Below are positions 63,290 to 64,000 of a stretch of DNA of 64,000 nucleotides, in pieces. The stretch is from Eledone cirrhosa. Lineage: Eukaryota. How positions within the stretch are numbered: the stretch's first letter is position 1; each line of letters starts with the position of its first letter. The stretch covers positions 194,928,001 to 194,992,000 of the forward strand of contig OZ024740.1 in the NCBI GenBank assembly GCA_964016885.1, in the 5' to 3' direction. A program made the position numbers and the translations under genes. The notes beneath the pieces were generated by a model, which searched no databases, was not told where the DNA came from, and was given only the letters and a program-made list of their open reading frames with translations.

Positions 63290-63682
63290 ATATGAATACA
63301 ATTTCAATATCTGTTTTGTTTTATCCTATCTTTATCTCATTACAATCTACCACATATCTCAATATAATTTGAATCTCTGTTTTATCTAATCTTGTCTCTA
63401 TCTAAATAAAATTGGAATCACTGTTTTGTCTAATCTCATCTCTATCTCAATACAGTTTGAACCTCTGATTCATCTAATCTTGCCTTTAAATCAATAGAAT
63501 TTGATCTTCTGTTTTATCTAATCTTACTTCTGGTTTAACAAATTCTGCCTTTCCAATAGAACTTCAATATCAATACAACTTGAACCTGTGTTCTATCTAA
63601 TCTTGCTTCTATGTCAATACAATTTCCACCTCTGTTTTATCAAATCTTTCCTGTATCTCAATGCAATTTCAACATCTGCTTT
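63290..63682 (+). repeat. Degenerate 44-bp minisatellite (~8 units)
   Basis: Approximate consensus ATCTCAATACAATTTGAACCTCTGTTTTATCTAATCTTGTCTCT. Confidence 0.8.
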
Positions 63683-64000
63683 AGATTTGTTTTATTAGAG
63701 AATGCAACCAAACAGAGGCAGTTTGAATTAATATTTTGTAGTTGATGACATGCAATACTATAGAGAAGATATCTAAATTTCTGGAGGGAGAACCAAATTC
63801 AGAAATTCATTTTGATTTATGGCTGGAGCCATTTTGCTTGTTTTGCATCAGCCACTAATACCCAATTGAAGATTCAGGAATGCTAAAACATATCCCATAT
63901 TTCTATAAGCAATAAATAAATCTATGGTCTGCTTAGTCAGAATGAATCAGCACTTACTAGTTACAAAGGTTCTAAACTCCACCCCAATACACACACACAC

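Overview
AT-rich, microsatellite-saturated eukaryotic DNA, most likely intronic/intergenic sequence from a coleoid cephalopod (Octopus-like). That assignment is inferred from Ceph-domain-like SINEs, RTE LINEs and the microsatellite load. Almost all short ORFs in the track are artefacts of (TA)n/(CA)n/(ATC)n repeats. Real coding content is transposon-derived: a near full-length RTE LINE with one premature stop, an internally deleted mariner, a decayed DD37D (maT-like) Tc1/mariner, a 5'-truncated CR1-group LINE, and fragments of RTE, R4/Dong, Zenon-like and Penelope-like elements. There are two tRNA-headed SINE families, bipartite RTE-derived non-autonomous elements and piggyBac-type MITEs. Three less obvious signals stand out. 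(1) A dispersed set of Penelope-type minimal hammerhead ribozyme motifs and long palindromes, including a 354-bp fold-back carrying two hammerheads. (2) Two minus-strand recursive-splicing-like AG|GT ratchet points plus a few candidate exons, suggesting a large minus-strand host gene. (3) A LINE, its SINE and headless derivatives in the same window that share both LINE ends. Coordinates of decayed elements are approximate, read by eye.
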